From: an uncultured Candidatus Rokubacteria bacterium
GTDB taxonomy: Bacteria; Methylomirabilota; Methylomirabilia; Rokubacteriales; CSP1-6
Assembly: GCA_963771355.1 (NCBI GenBank)
Contig: CAVYTA010000007.1
Span: 192,001-256,000 of the forward strand
DNA: 64,000 bases
Direction of reading: 5' to 3'
A model generated the notes under the pieces. That model had not been told where the DNA came from. It ran no database searches and saw only the letters and a program-made list of their open reading frames with translations. Position numbers and translations under genes: made by a program. Shown here in pieces: positions 1 through 11,400 of the stretch (the stretch's first letter is position 1; each line of letters starts with the position of its first letter).

Positions 1-500
1 GGCAGCGAGCCCCTGGCCTCGACTGCTCCCGTGAACGCTCCCGGATGCCAGAGCACTACCAGCTCGTACGCATGCGCCCAGGTGAAGCCGAGCAGCAGGT
101 AGACCGCGATCGCCCCCTCGATGCGGCGGGTCGTGATGGGCCCGCTGCGGAGGACCAGCGCCAGGACCACGTAGCAGAGGGCGACGAGGGTCCCGAGCGT
201 GAAGATCTCGCGCCAGACCGCGAGATCGGCCGTGGGGAAGAGCCAGCTCCCCCAGCGCACCAACAATGCGGCGACCGTGATCACGGACACGACCAGCACG
301 GCCCGGGGCCTGTCGGTCACCGCCGCCGCGCCCGACACCAGCATCAGGGAGACGAGGGCATCGCCGAGCAGCCTGCCCGGTAGCCCGACCGGCCCGAGCG
401 CGGGCACGACGATCATGGCGACCAGCGCCGCGAGGAAGATCGACAGGCCTCGATCGTCCCTCCAGAAACGGGATGGCGCCGGCCGCATCTCTCGCGTCAT
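1..500 (-). CDS. Potassium/ion channel family membrane protein (Ion_trans_2-like), runs off window start
   Basis: Hand translation from ATG at 500 (GAGGAG RBS): MTREMRPAPSRFWRDDRGLSIFL...GPITTRRIEGAIAVYLLLGFTWAHAYELV; several TM helices; not in ORF track because it lacks a stop in the window. Confidence 0.7.
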   Translation of the reverse strand, partial: MTREMRPAPSRFWRDDRGLSIFLAALVAMIVVPALGPVGLPGRLLGDALVSLMLVSGAAAVTDRPRAVLVVSVITVAALLVRWGSWLFPTADLAVWREIFTLGTLVALCYVVLALVLRSGPITTRRIEGAIAVYLLLGFTWAHAYELVVLWHPGAFTGAVEARGSL

Positions 501-701
501 CGTCGCCGCTCCTCACGGGGGCGGAGGCCGTGCGGCGCGGGGCGCGGCCCCGCCTTCGCATGGAGCGCAACTACCGGTTGGCCCCTTCTTTGTCCCACCA
601 CTTGGAGAGGCTCGCCGCCTTGGGCTCGATCGGGTGTCCGGCGTAGTGCGACACGTCGTTGAACCCGGGTCGTCGCCATGTGATCTCCCGGGGCGGATCC
701 T

Positions 702-1796
702 TCACTGCACCTTGGGCGGCAACAGGTAGAGCGTCATGGCGAAGATCGCATACACGAACAGCACCAGGACCCCGACGAACCACGCCGCGCGCCCGGTGTT
801 GGTGACGAGCGCGGCGGTCATGGTGGCGATCAACACCATGACCACCGCACCCGGCCAGAATTGCAGATCCATCGGCTGCGGCCCGATGACGTAGCTCACC
901 AGCACCAGCACCGGTGCGACGAAGAGCGCGATCTGCGCTGCGCTGCCGAGCGCAATGCCCACGCTCAAGTCCAGCCGGTTCTTGCGCGCGCCCGAAAACG
1001 CCGACGCCATCTCGGCGGCGCCGCCGACCAGCGCCACGACGATGAACCCGACGAAAGCCTGCGACATCCCCAGATCCATCGCCGCCTTCTGCACCGACTC
1101 GACAAAAATTTCGCTCACCAGCGCCACCAGCACCGTGACTCCGGCCAGCGCGGTAAGGGCCACGCCCATGGGCCACGGAGTTTCCCCGGATTCTCCAGAA
1201 TCCGCGCTGGCAAACAGCTCGCGGTGCGTCTTGAGCGAGAACAGCAAGCCCAGTCCGTACCCCACCATCAGCACGACTGACAACCCCACGCTCAATTGCT
1301 GGGTGAAGGTGCCCGCCGGCGCCGAGTCGGCCTGGCTCAAGGCCGACGGAATCAGCAGCGCGATGGTCGCCAGAAACAGCAGGCCCGCCTGAAACCGCGC
1401 GTTGACCCGGTTATATTCCTGCGTGTGATACTTGAGCCCGCCGAGCAGGAACGAGGCGCCCAGCATGAACAGCGTGTTGGTCACGATGGCGCCGGCGATG
1501 GACGCTTTCACCAGCATGTATTGCCCGGCGCGCAAGGCGGTGAGCGCGATGACCAGCTCCGTCAGGTTCCCCAGCGTGGCATTGAGCAGGCCGCCCACCG
1601 CATCGCCCGTCTTGGCCGCCACGGATTCGGTGGCGTGGCTCAACAGCGCCGCCAGCGGCACGATGGCGAATACTGAAAGCGCGAACAATAACGTGTGCGA
1701 TTCAGGCCTGAGCGTGTGACACACGAAAACCGCGGGAACGAACACCAGCAACCACAGCAGTGGGTTGTGACGGATTTCCTTGAGCAAGAGGTTCAT
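702..1796 (-). CDS. chaA: Ca2+/H+ antiporter (CaCA/CAX family)
   Basis: alpha-repeat motifs GLLNATLGNLTE and VGGAAE...GIALGSAAQIALFVAP; about 11 TM helices. Confidence 0.92.
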   Translation of the reverse strand: MNLLLKEIRHNPLLWLLVFVPAVFVCHTLRPESHTLLFALSVFAIVPLAALLSHATESVAAKTGDAVGGLLNATLGNLTELVIALTALRAGQYMLVKASIAGAIVTNTLFMLGASFLLGGLKYHTQEYNRVNARFQAGLLFLATIALLIPSALSQADSAPAGTFTQQLSVGLSVVLMVGYGLGLLFSLKTHRELFASADSGESGETPWPMGVALTALAGVTVLVALVSEIFVESVQKAAMDLGMSQAFVGFIVVALVGGAAEMASAFSGARKNRLDLSVGIALGSAAQIALFVAPVLVLVSYVIGPQPMDLQFWPGAVVMVLIATMTAALVTNTGRAAWFVGVLVLFVYAIFAMTLYLLPPKVQ

Positions 1797-1924
1797 GTGG
1801 GCCGCATGGCTACAGCAGCCCGGCGCGGAGGGCGGCGCAGCGGTCGGCGCGCCATGTTGCCGCCCATCCGTCCCAGACCCACCATCCCGATCTGCATGGT
1901 CACTCCTCGTAGTGCGCGCGGCGT

Positions 1925-3695
1925 CTAGCCGAGCGCGGTGATGAGGGTCCGCTCGAGGGCCGCGAGCCCGGCGGTGACGTCGGAGCCGAGGTGCACGCGC
2001 AGCGCGCGCCGGCCGCGCTCCGCCAGCACCTCGAAGTCGCCCCGCGCCTGCGCCGCCTTGACCACGCCGAAGGTGTAGGTCTGCCCGGGCACGGGCAGGT
2101 CGGCGGCGTCGTCAGCGGTGATCTGCAGGAAGACGCCGGAGTTCGGCCCGCCCTTGTAGGCCTGCCCGGTGGAGTGCAGGAAGCGCGGGCCGAAGCCCAC
2201 GCAGGTGGCGACCCGGGCGCGGTCGCGCACCGCGGCGCGCATGCGCTGCAGCGAGGACTCGTGTGCCGCGCTCATCTCGACGTAGGCCAGGAAGGCGGCA
2301 TAGTCGCCTGCTCCCAGCCGCCCGAAGTGGGCGCGCAGCGCCGCGGTGAGGTCCCGCGCGCCGCCCATGGCGCCGGTGAGGGCCGCCGCATTGCGGGCGT
2401 CGGTGTACAGCCGGACTCCGCCAGCCTCCAGGAAGGGCGCCTCGACGGGTAGCGCGCCCGTCCGCTCGACTTCGTCGGTGAGCCGCCGGGTGGCGATCTT
2501 GCTCGCCTCGACGTCGGGCTGGTCGAACGGGTGGATGCCGATGACCGCGCCCGCCACCGCGGTGGCGACCTCCCAGCGGAAGAGCTCCTGCGCCAGGTCG
2601 TAGGTCTCGGGCACGGCTGATCCGGACCACCGGCTGGCCGGCCCGTTCCAGAGCGGCCACCGCCTGCTCCTGGGCCGGGTCGGGCGCGGACTCCAGCTTG
2701 ACGTAGACGAAGAGCCGGTCCGCGCCGTAGACCTCCGGCGGCCCCAGCGGCTCGCGGTCCACGGGGATCAGCCCGTGGCCCTCCTTGCCGGTGGATTCCG
2801 CCAGGAGCTGCTCCAGCCACGCCCCGAGGTCGTGGATGGCGGGCGAGGTCACCAGCGTGACCTTGTCGCGTCCGCGCTTGGCGAGCACGCCCATCACCAC
2901 GCCGAGGCCCAGGCCCGGGTTGCGCTCCGCGGGCATCGCCGCCGAGCAGGCGGTGGCCATGTCCGCGGCGCGGCCCAGGAGGCGTGCCACGTCGAGGCCC
3001 ATCGCCGCCGCCGGCACCACGCCGAAGTCGGAGAGCGCCGAGTAGCGCCCGCCGATGCTGGGATCGCCATGGAAGATCCGGCGGAAGGCGTCCGCCTTGG
3101 CCACCTGCTCCATCTTGGAGCCGGGGTCGGTGATGGCGATGAACCGGCGCCCCACCTCGGCCGGGCCCACCGCGGCGCGCATCCGGTCGAAGAAGTACTG
3201 CTTGAAGATGTTGGGCTCCAGCGTCGAGCCGGACTTGCTCGACACGATGACGAGCGTACGGGCCAGGTCGAGGGAGCGCTCGAGGTTCCGGATCTGGGCG
3301 GGATCGGTGGAGTCGAGGATGCGCAGCGCCGGGAAGCCCGACTGCCGGCCGAAGGTCAGCGCCAGCACCTCGGGGCACAGGCTCGAGCCACCCATGCCGA
3401 GGAGCAATAGATGCTCGAAGCCGCCCGCCTTCACGTCGGTCGCCAGCTGCCGCAGGCGATCGACTCCCGCGAGCTGCCGGTCGACGATGTCGAGCCAGCC
3501 CAGCCAGCGCGCCTCGTCCCCGCCCGTCCAGAGGCTGGCGTCGCGCTGCCAGAGCCGGTGGATCTTGCTGCCCGCGGGGCCCGGCGCCCCCCAGGCCGCG
3601 ATCTCCTCGCTCACCGCGGAGTCGAGCTCCGCGGGCAGGCGCCAGCTCTGCGCGTTCACGGCTCCGGAGAACTCGGCGCCGATGTCGACGCGCAT
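1925..3695 (-). CDS. pgi: Glucose-6-phosphate isomerase (PGI domain of Tal-Pgi type), split by a +1 frameshift near 2615-2619
   Basis: GMGGSSL, SSKSGSTLE, IGGRYSALS, WLEQLLAESTGK in ORF 2112..3695; C-terminal FFRWE...PFDQPDVEASK and FGPRFLHSTGQAYKGG in ORF 1925..2614. Confidence 0.85.
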
Positions 3696-3698
3696 GGC

Positions 3699-5768
3699 TC
3701 AGGCCGTCCCGGCGAGGGTCTGCCGGGCCGCACTCACCACGGCGTCCACGGTGAAGCCGAACTTGCCCTGCAGCTCCTTGAGGGGCGCGGAGGCGCCGAA
3801 GGTGTCCATGCCGATGGCGCGGGGCGCGTAGCGCGCCCAGCCGAAGGTCGAGGCCTGCTCCACGGCCACGCGGGCGGTCACCTTCGGGGGCAGCACCGCG
3901 TCGCGGTACGCCTGGTCCTGGTGCTCGAACAGCTCCCAGGACGGCATGCTGACCACCCGCGAGCGGACGCCGTCTGCGGTCAGCCGCTCGTGCGCCGCCA
4001 CGCAGAGCCCCACCTCGCTGCCGGAGCCGAGCAGCAGCACTTCGGGCGAGCCGCCCGCCGCCTCGGCCAGCACGTAGGCGCCACGCCGCAGCCCCGCGGG
4101 ATCGCCGTAGCGCGTCCGGTCCAGGGTGGGCATGGCCTGGCGCGACAGGATCAGGCACACCGGCTCGTGCCGGAGGCCGGCGATGAGGCGCCAGGCTTCC
4201 ACGACCTCGTTGGCGTCGCCGGGGCGGAGCGTGATGAGGCCGGGGATGGCCCGCAGCGACGCGAGCTGCTCGACGGGCTGGTGCGTCGGGCCGTCCTCGC
4301 CCACGCCGATGGAGTCATGGGTGAAGACGTAGATCACGGGCAGCTCCATGAGCGCGCTCAGCCGGATCTGCGGCCGCATGTAGTCGCTGAAGATGAGGAA
4401 GCCCGAGCCGTAGGGCCGCACCTTGGACAGCGACAGCCCGTTGAGGATTGCGCCCATGGCGTGCTCGCGCACGCCGAAATGGAGGTTGCGCCCGGCCTGC
4501 GCCGCCGTGAAGTCGCCCGCTCCCTCGAAGGTCAGGCGCGTCTTGGTCGACGGCGCGAGGTCGGCGGAGCCGCCGATCAGCCAGGGCACCTGCTGGGCCA
4601 GCGCGTTGAGCACCTTGCTGGAGGCGTCGCGGCCGGCCACGCCCTTGGGATCGGCGGGGAAGGGCGCCAGGTCCCGGTCCCAGCCCGTGGGCAGCTCCCG
4701 GTGCTGCATGCGGTAGAGGTGGTCGGCCAGCACGGGATGGGCCTCGCGGTACTTCTCGAACAGCGCCATCCAGCTCTGCCGCGCCTCGCCGCCGCGGCGA
4801 CCGAGGTGGGCCGCGAAGTGCGCGGGCACGTCGTCGGGGACGAGGAACCTCGCCTCCTCGGGCCAGCCGTAGATGCGCTTGGTGAGCCGGATCTCCTCCT
4901 CGCCCAGCGGCTCGCCGTGGGCGCCGTGGGTGTCCTGCTTGTTGGGCGAGCCCCAGGCGATGTGGCTGTCGACGATGATCAGGGTCGGCCGCTCGCGCTC
5001 CGTCCTGAACGTGCCGAAGGCGCGCCCGAGCATGTCCAGGTCGTTGGCGTCGCCCACCCGCGTGACGTTCCACCCGTAGCCGATGAAACGCGTGGCCACG
5101 TCCTCGGTGAAGGCCCACTCGGTGTGGCCCTCGATGGTGATCCGGTTGTTGTCGTAGACCCAGCACAGGTTCGCCAGGCGCAGGTGGCCGGCCAGCGAGG
5201 CGGCCTCGGAGGACACGCCTTCCATCATGTCGCCGTCGCCACACAGCGCGTAGACGTCGTGGTCGATCATGGGGAAGCCGGGCCGGTTGAAGTGGGTCCC
5301 CATCCAGCGCGCGGCCATCGCCATGCCGACGCTGGTGGCCACGCCGGAGCCCAGCGGCCCGGTGGTGGTCTCGACGCCGGAGGTCCAGCGGTATTCGGGA
5401 TGGCCCGGGCACTTGCTGTCGAGCTGGCGGAACCGCCGGATGTCGTCCAGGGGCACGCTCGGCGAGCCCAGCCGCTCGTACTGCGGGTTCACCGCCTTGA
5501 CGCCGGTGAGGTGGAGCATCGAGTAGAGCAGCATCGAGGCGTGGCCGATCGACAGCACGAAGCGGTCGCGGTTGGGCCAGATCGGGTCCTCGGGGTCGAA
5601 CCTCAAGAACCGCTGCCAGAGGGTGTAGATCACGGGCGCCATGGCCATGGCCGTGCCCGGGTGGCCGGAGTTGGCCTGCTGCACGGCGTCCATGGACAGG
5701 GTGCGGATGGTGTTGATGCAGAGCTGGTCCAGCGCCGTCGCCGACTCCGCCGCCTTCGCTACCGCCAT
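3699..5768 (-). CDS. tkt: Transketolase
   Basis: NSGHPG, NRDRFVLSIGH, GVETTTGPLG, GDGDMMEG, THDSIGVGEDGPTHQP; ATG 5768 after AAGGAG. Confidence 0.97.
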   Translation of the reverse strand: MAVAKAAESATALDQLCINTIRTLSMDAVQQANSGHPGTAMAMAPVIYTLWQRFLRFDPEDPIWPNRDRFVLSIGHASMLLYSMLHLTGVKAVNPQYERLGSPSVPLDDIRRFRQLDSKCPGHPEYRWTSGVETTTGPLGSGVATSVGMAMAARWMGTHFNRPGFPMIDHDVYALCGDGDMMEGVSSEAASLAGHLRLANLCWVYDNNRITIEGHTEWAFTEDVATRFIGYGWNVTRVGDANDLDMLGRAFGTFRTERERPTLIIVDSHIAWGSPNKQDTHGAHGEPLGEEEIRLTKRIYGWPEEARFLVPDDVPAHFAAHLGRRGGEARQSWMALFEKYREAHPVLADHLYRMQHRELPTGWDRDLAPFPADPKGVAGRDASSKVLNALAQQVPWLIGGSADLAPSTKTRLTFEGAGDFTAAQAGRNLHFGVREHAMGAILNGLSLSKVRPYGSGFLIFSDYMRPQIRLSALMELPVIYVFTHDSIGVGEDGPTHQPVEQLASLRAIPGLITLRPGDANEVVEAWRLIAGLRHEPVCLILSRQAMPTLDRTRYGDPAGLRRGAYVLAEAAGGSPEVLLLGSGSEVGLCVAAHERLTADGVRSRVVSMPSWELFEHQDQAYRDAVLPPKVTARVAVEQASTFGWARYAPRAIGMDTFGASAPLKELQGKFGFTVDAVVSAARQTLAGTA

Positions 5769-5817
5769 TGCGTGCTCCTTGCCTTGACACCTCGGGCTGC
5801 GCCCGGGAGCCTCCGCT

Positions 5818-7089
5818 TCAGCCTTGCCGCGCAGGAAGCTCGCGGAGTTCGTGGATGAGCCCGTTGTCGAGCAGGTGCCGGAGGAGGTGGCGGTACTCGG
5901 GCGGCACCGCGACGGTGCTCGCGCGGAGGATCTCGCCCGTCCGAGGATCTCGATCCGGATACAGCGCGAGCGTGACCCCCCGCGTGAACAGGCGGCCCAG
6001 CGCTTCGAAGACCCCGCCCTGGAGGTTCTCGAAGGGCTTCTCGTCGAACAGCGCGGCGAACGACTGGGTGCCGGCCACGAACACGACGCGGGGTGTCGCG
6101 TACCGCCGCAGGAAGCGGGCGACGCGGAACAGCTCGCCCATGTCGGTGACGAGCGTGGGCAGGCCCACCGCCGCGAGCGCATCGAGACGCCCGAGCAGGT
6201 CGGCGTGCACGTCGGCCTGCGCCGCCACGTCCGCGATCGGGATCTCTGCGAGTGACACTGCGGCCTCGCGATCCTTCGCCTCCTGGAGCTGTTCGGTCGC
6301 AGCGGCCAGCATGTCCAGATCGACCGGCAGCACGGGCTTGAAGGACTCCCGGAGCACGAAGACCGGCCTCTTGTACAGTCCCCCGCTCGGCTCGACGGGT
6401 TGCCCGTCGGACGCGAACATCACCGCCCGTCCGAGCTTTTCGAGCACGAGGTCGAGGTTGAGGCGGCGGACATCCGAGCGCTCGAAGAGTGGACCCGACA
6501 CATCTACGAAGTCCACCTCGACCCGATCCCGCGAGAGCTGGTCCCCCAGGCTGGCCACGAGGGCGTCGGGATCATCGCGCCGCGACCAGGCGGCGTAGAT
6601 CAGATTGACGCCGAGCAGCCCCAGGGCTTCCTGCTGGCCGGACGTTTCGGGGTCGAGCAGGCGGGCGTGCAGGATGATCTGGCTCGCCTCGCGGCCGGGC
6701 TGGTGCTGGAACCTGATGCCAAGCCATCCCACCCCGTCCTCGCGCCGGCTATAGCTCCGCGTCGCCGCGGTGTCCGCGAAGACGAAGAACGAGGTCGCGG
6801 CGCCCCGCGTCGGCGCGAGCGCCTCCAGCAACGACGTATACTCGCGGTCGAGCATCTGCTCGACCCGCTCGCGGCTCACGTAGCGGTGGCTCTTGCCGTA
6901 GATGCCGTCGCTCACCGTCATGTCGTACGCGCTGATCGTCTTGGCGACGGTCCCGGCGGCGCCGCCCACGGCGAAGAACCACCGGCCGACCTCCTGGCCG
7001 GCGCCGATCTCCGCGATCGTCCCGTACCAGGTGCGGTCGATATTGAGCTGGAGCGCCTTCTGGGCGGCGGACAGGGGCTCGGTTGGCAT
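5818..7089 (-). CDS. Conserved protein of unknown function, CinA-like/nucleotidyltransferase-related family
   Basis: Family signature YGTIAEIGAGQEV...GGAAGTVAKTISAYDM...SDGIYG...FFVFADT. Confidence 0.65.
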   Translation of the reverse strand: MPTEPLSAAQKALQLNIDRTWYGTIAEIGAGQEVGRWFFAVGGAAGTVAKTISAYDMTVSDGIYGKSHRYVSRERVEQMLDREYTSLLEALAPTRGAATSFFVFADTAATRSYSRREDGVGWLGIRFQHQPGREASQIILHARLLDPETSGQQEALGLLGVNLIYAAWSRRDDPDALVASLGDQLSRDRVEVDFVDVSGPLFERSDVRRLNLDLVLEKLGRAVMFASDGQPVEPSGGLYKRPVFVLRESFKPVLPVDLDMLAAATEQLQEAKDREAAVSLAEIPIADVAAQADVHADLLGRLDALAAVGLPTLVTDMGELFRVARFLRRYATPRVVFVAGTQSFAALFDEKPFENLQGGVFEALGRLFTRGVTLALYPDRDPRTGEILRASTVAVPPEYRHLLRHLLDNGLIHELRELPARQG

Positions 7090-7111
7090 GGGTCAGTCGA
7101 CCCGGGTCGGG

Positions 7112-8497
7112 CTACTCTTGCCAGCCGCCGCCGAGAGCCCTGTAGAGCCGCACCACCGCCAGCACCTCGTCGCGCTGGGCCCGCACCAGGCCGAGCGCCG
7201 CGTCGAAGACCTGGCGCTCGCTGTCCAGGACCTCCAGATAGCTGCTGACGCCGCCCTTGTAGCGGACGTCGGCAAGGCGGCTGGTGTCTTCGGCCGACCG
7301 GGTCAGCAGCTCCTGCTGCACCCGGAACTCGCGGCGCTTGCGCTGCTCGACCAGGGCGTCGGCAACGTCGCGGAAGGCCTGCAGGATGGTCTGCTGGTAC
7401 TGGAGCAGCGCCGCCTCGGCCTGGGCTTCGGCCGAGTTCACTCCCGCGCCGATGCGGCCCATGTTGAAGAGCGGCAGGCGCACCGAGGGTCCGATGCTGA
7501 ACAGGCCTTGCGGGCCGATCCACGAGCCGTCGATGAGCAGGCCCCCGCCGGCCACGGCACCGCTCAGGAACACCCGGGGGAAGTAGTCGGCCTTGGCCAC
7601 GCCGATGCGGGCCGTGGCCGCGGCCAGCTGGGCCTCCGCCTGGCGGACGTCCGGACGGCGCTCCAGCAGCGACGACGGCACGCCCGCCGGTACGGCGGGC
7701 AGGCCGATCTGCTGGAGCAGCGGCCGGCCGCGCGGCACCGCGTCGGGGTTTCGACCGAGGAGCACGCTGATGACGTTCTCGGTCTGCTCGATCTGGCGCT
7801 CCGTGTCCGGCAGGATCCCCGCCGCCGTGGCGACGAGAATCTCGGCCTGGCGCACGTCGATGAGGGCGGCCACCCCACCTTCCTCTCTGAGCGTCACGAG
7901 CCGCAGCGAGTCCTGGCGCGTGGCCAGCGTGCGCTGCGACACCTGCAGCTCCGCGTCGAGGGACCGGAGCTGGAAGTAGGCCGTGGCCAGGTCGCTGACG
8001 AGGGTGCTCATCACGAACCGCCGCGCGTCCTCGGAGGCGAGGAGGTCGGCGCGCGCGGCCTCGGTCGCCCGTCGGAAGCGGCCCCAGAAGTCGATCTCGA
8101 AGCCAAAGTCGAACCCGGCCGAGGGAGAGAACTGATCCTTCGACTGGAGCACCGAGCGCTCGCCCTGGATGTGTTGATAGGGGGCGCTGCCCCCCGCGTT
8201 GATCTCGGGGAACTGGAACGATCGGGTGATGGTGACCTGCGCCCGCGCATCCAGGATGCGCGCGGCGGCGACGCGCAGATCGTAGTTTTCAGCGAGCGCA
8301 GAGCGGATGAGCTGCTGCAGCGTCTCGTCCTGGAAGACCCGCCACCACTCCATGTCGGCCACGGACTGGGCCGATTCCTCGGGGCTCTGGCCGCGAAAGG
8401 CCGGGGGCACGGGATACGCGGGCCGCTTGTAGTCGGGCCCCAGCGTGCAGCCGGCGAGCAGGAAGACCGCCAGCGGCAGTAGCGCCGAACGTCTCAC
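7112..8497 (-). CDS. RND efflux outer-membrane lipoprotein (NodT/OprM family)
   Basis: Lipobox LLAGC-TLGPDY; PSSLLERRPDV; YRALGGGW C-terminus. Confidence 0.95.
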   Translation of the reverse strand: MRRSALLPLAVFLLAGCTLGPDYKRPAYPVPPAFRGQSPEESAQSVADMEWWRVFQDETLQQLIRSALAENYDLRVAAARILDARAQVTITRSFQFPEINAGGSAPYQHIQGERSVLQSKDQFSPSAGFDFGFEIDFWGRFRRATEAARADLLASEDARRFVMSTLVSDLATAYFQLRSLDAELQVSQRTLATRQDSLRLVTLREEGGVAALIDVRQAEILVATAAGILPDTERQIEQTENVISVLLGRNPDAVPRGRPLLQQIGLPAVPAGVPSSLLERRPDVRQAEAQLAAATARIGVAKADYFPRVFLSGAVAGGGLLIDGSWIGPQGLFSIGPSVRLPLFNMGRIGAGVNSAEAQAEAALLQYQQTILQAFRDVADALVEQRKRREFRVQQELLTRSAEDTSRLADVRYKGGVSSYLEVLDSERQVFDAALGLVRAQRDEVLAVVRLYRALGGGWQE

Positions 8498-11400
8498 GAA
8501 TGCTCCTGCGGTGTCGGCACCGCCGGCACCCCCACCGCCGGCCGGCCGCGCTCCGCGCGGCGGCGCCCAAGACCCTGCACGAACGCGTAGTTCCCGGGGA
8601 TGATGAACACCCCGAGCGCAGTGGCCACCAGCATGCCCCAGAACACGGCGGTGCCCAGGACATTCTGCGCGCCCGAGCCCGCCCCGCTCGCGAGCACCAG
8701 CGGCACCACGCCGAGGATGAACGCGAAGGCGGTCATCAGGATGGGCCGGAACCGGAGTCGCGCCGACTCGAGCGCGGCCTCCTCGATGGACATGCCCTCG
8801 TCCTGCTTGGCCTTGGCGAACTCGACGATCAGGATCGCGTTCTTGGCGGCCAGCCCGATGAGCATGATGAGACCGATCTGGACGTAGACGTTGTTGTCAT
8901 AGCCCATGAGCCAGACGCCGAAGAAGGCGCCGAGGGCGACCAGCGGGGAGCCGAGCAGCACCGCCCACGGCAGGCGCCAGCTCTCGTAGAGCGCGGCGAG
9001 CAGGAGAAAGACGGCCACGATGGCGAGGACGAGCGTCGGCGCCGCGGGCGGCGCGATCTTCTCCTGGTAGGACAGGCCGGAGTAGGCGAACCCCATCTCC
9101 TTGGGCATCGTCTGGGCGAAGGTGCTCTCGAGGGCCGCCAGCGCCTGCCCGGACGTGAACCCGGACGCGGGCGCGCCGCTGATCTCCACCGAGCGGAAGA
9201 GGTTGAAGCGGGTGGTGATCTCGGTGCTCGGCACCGAGGTGATGGTCACGAGCGTGGAGAGCGGGACCATGGTGTTGGTCGTGTTGCTGCGGACGTAGAT
9301 GTCTCCGATATCCCCGGGCTTCCGGCGGTACTCGGACTCCGCCTGCACGTAGACCCGGTACAGTCGTCCGAACCGGTTGAAGTCGTTCACGTAGCTGCCG
9401 CCGACCGCCGCCGACATCGCCTGGAACACCTCGTTGATGGGCACGCCGAGCTTGCGCGCCTTCTCGCGGTCGAGCTCCACCTTCACTTGCGGATAGTTCG
9501 GGTCGAAGGAGGTGAAGAGGTTGCCCAGCTCCGGCCGCTGGCGCGCCTCCGCGATGAACTTGCGGCCCTCCGCCCCGAGCTGCTCGACCGTGAGCGTGCC
9601 GCTCCGGTCCTGGAGCAGGAACTTGAAGCCCGACGAGGCGCCGAAGCCCGAGATGGTGGGGATGTTGAACGGGAAGATGACCGCCTCGGGGATCGAGGCC
9701 AGCTGCGCCTGCAGGGTGGCGATGATGCCCCTGGCGTGCACGGCGGCGCTCTTTCGCTCCTCCCACGGCTTGAGGCGCACGAAGATGCTGCCGAAGTTCG
9801 GCTGGAAGGTGTTCGTGACAGCCCCGTACCCGCCGATCGTCGCGTAGGAATCGACCCCCTCGGTCTTCGCGAGGATCTGCTCGACCCGGGCCAGCAGGAC
9901 GCCCGTGCGCTCGAGTGACGCCCCGGGCGGGAGCTGCGCGTTGATGCCGATGATCCCCTGGTCCTCGTCGGGGATGAACCCCGTCGGCAGCGCCCGGCCG
10001 AAAAGGCCGGCGCCGACGACGACCACGCCGACGATCGCGACCGACAGCACCGCGCGGCGCACGAGGAGCCGGGACACGTGGACGTAGCCGCCGGTCGCCC
10101 GGTCGAACACGCGGTTGAAGCCGCGAAAGAACGCCCCGAGCGGGCCGCGCATCTGGCCGTGCGAGGGCTTGAGGAGCATCACGCATAGCGCGGGCGACAG
10201 CGACAGCGCGCTGAAGGCGGAGAGCAGCACCGAGATGGCGATGGTCAGCGCGAACTGCTGGTACATCTGGCCGGTCAGGCCGCCGACGAAGGCGACGGGG
10301 ATGAACACCGCGGAGAGGATGAGGGCGATCCCGATGACCGGCGCCGACACCTCCTTCATCGCCTGGACCGTCGCATCCCGCGGGCTCATGCCGTGCTCGA
10401 GGTGGTGGATCACGGCCTCGACCACGACGATGGCGTCGTCGACCACGATGCCGATGGCGAGCACCAGGCCGAACATGGAGAGCGTGTTGACCGAGAAGCC
10501 CAGCATCGGAAAGAAGATGAAGGTGCCGACGAGCGAGACGGGCACGGTCAGCAGCGGAATGATCGTCGCGCGAACGTTCTGCAAGAAGATGTACACGACG
10601 AGCGTGACGAGGATCAGGGCCTCGACGAACGTCTTCACGATCTCGTGGATCGAGGCCTCCACGGCCGGGGTCGTGTCGTACACGATCTTGTAGTCCATGT
10701 CCGGCGGGAACAGCCCCTTGGCCCGGGCCATGGTCTCGTAGATCTGCTTCGACGCCTGGAGCTGGTTGGCGCCCGGCAGTAGGTAGACGGCCATCGTGCC
10801 GGCGGGCTTGCCATCGAGCCGGCCGAACGAGTTGTAGTCCTGCGAGCCCAGCTCCGCCCGCCCCACGTCCCGGATGCGCACCTGGGTGGCCGCTTCCGTG
10901 CCGCGGATGATGATGTTCTCGAACTCCTCGCCCGTGACCAGGCGGCCCGGGGCGGCCACGGTGTAGGTGAACGCCTGGTCCTTGGGCGAGGGCGCCGCGC
11001 CGATCCGGCCGGCCGGCGCCTGCAAATTCTGCTCCTTGATCGCGGAGATCACGTCGGCCGGCGTCAGCCCCAGCTTGGCCATCTTGTCCGGCCGGAGCCA
11101 GATCCGCATGCCGTAGTCCGAGCCGCCGAACAGGTCGACCTGGGCGATGCCGGGGATGCGGAGGATCTGATCGCGCAGGTTGATGCCGCAGTAGTTGATC
11201 AGATACTTCGAGTCGTAGGTGTCTCCCGGCGAGGAGAGCGAGATCATCATCAGGATGCTCGGGCTCTGCTTCTTCACGGTCACGCCCTGGGCGTTCGCCT
11301 CCGCCGGCAGGCGCGCCTGGGCCGCCGTGACCCGGTTCTGGGTCAGCACGTTGGCCTTGTCCTGGTCGACGCCGACCTTGAAGTTGACGTCGAGGAGCAT

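Noticed and set aside
497..679. 60-aa ORF between chaA and the ion-channel gene
   Set aside because: No RBS or recognisable motif; cannot be supported
3411..5858. Long antisense or alternate-frame ORFs (also 8500..9918, 52988..56389, 53029..56370, 58235..60292, 58396..60591)
   Set aside because: Shadow ORFs expected in high-GC DNA; Arg/Gly/Pro-rich with no family motifs
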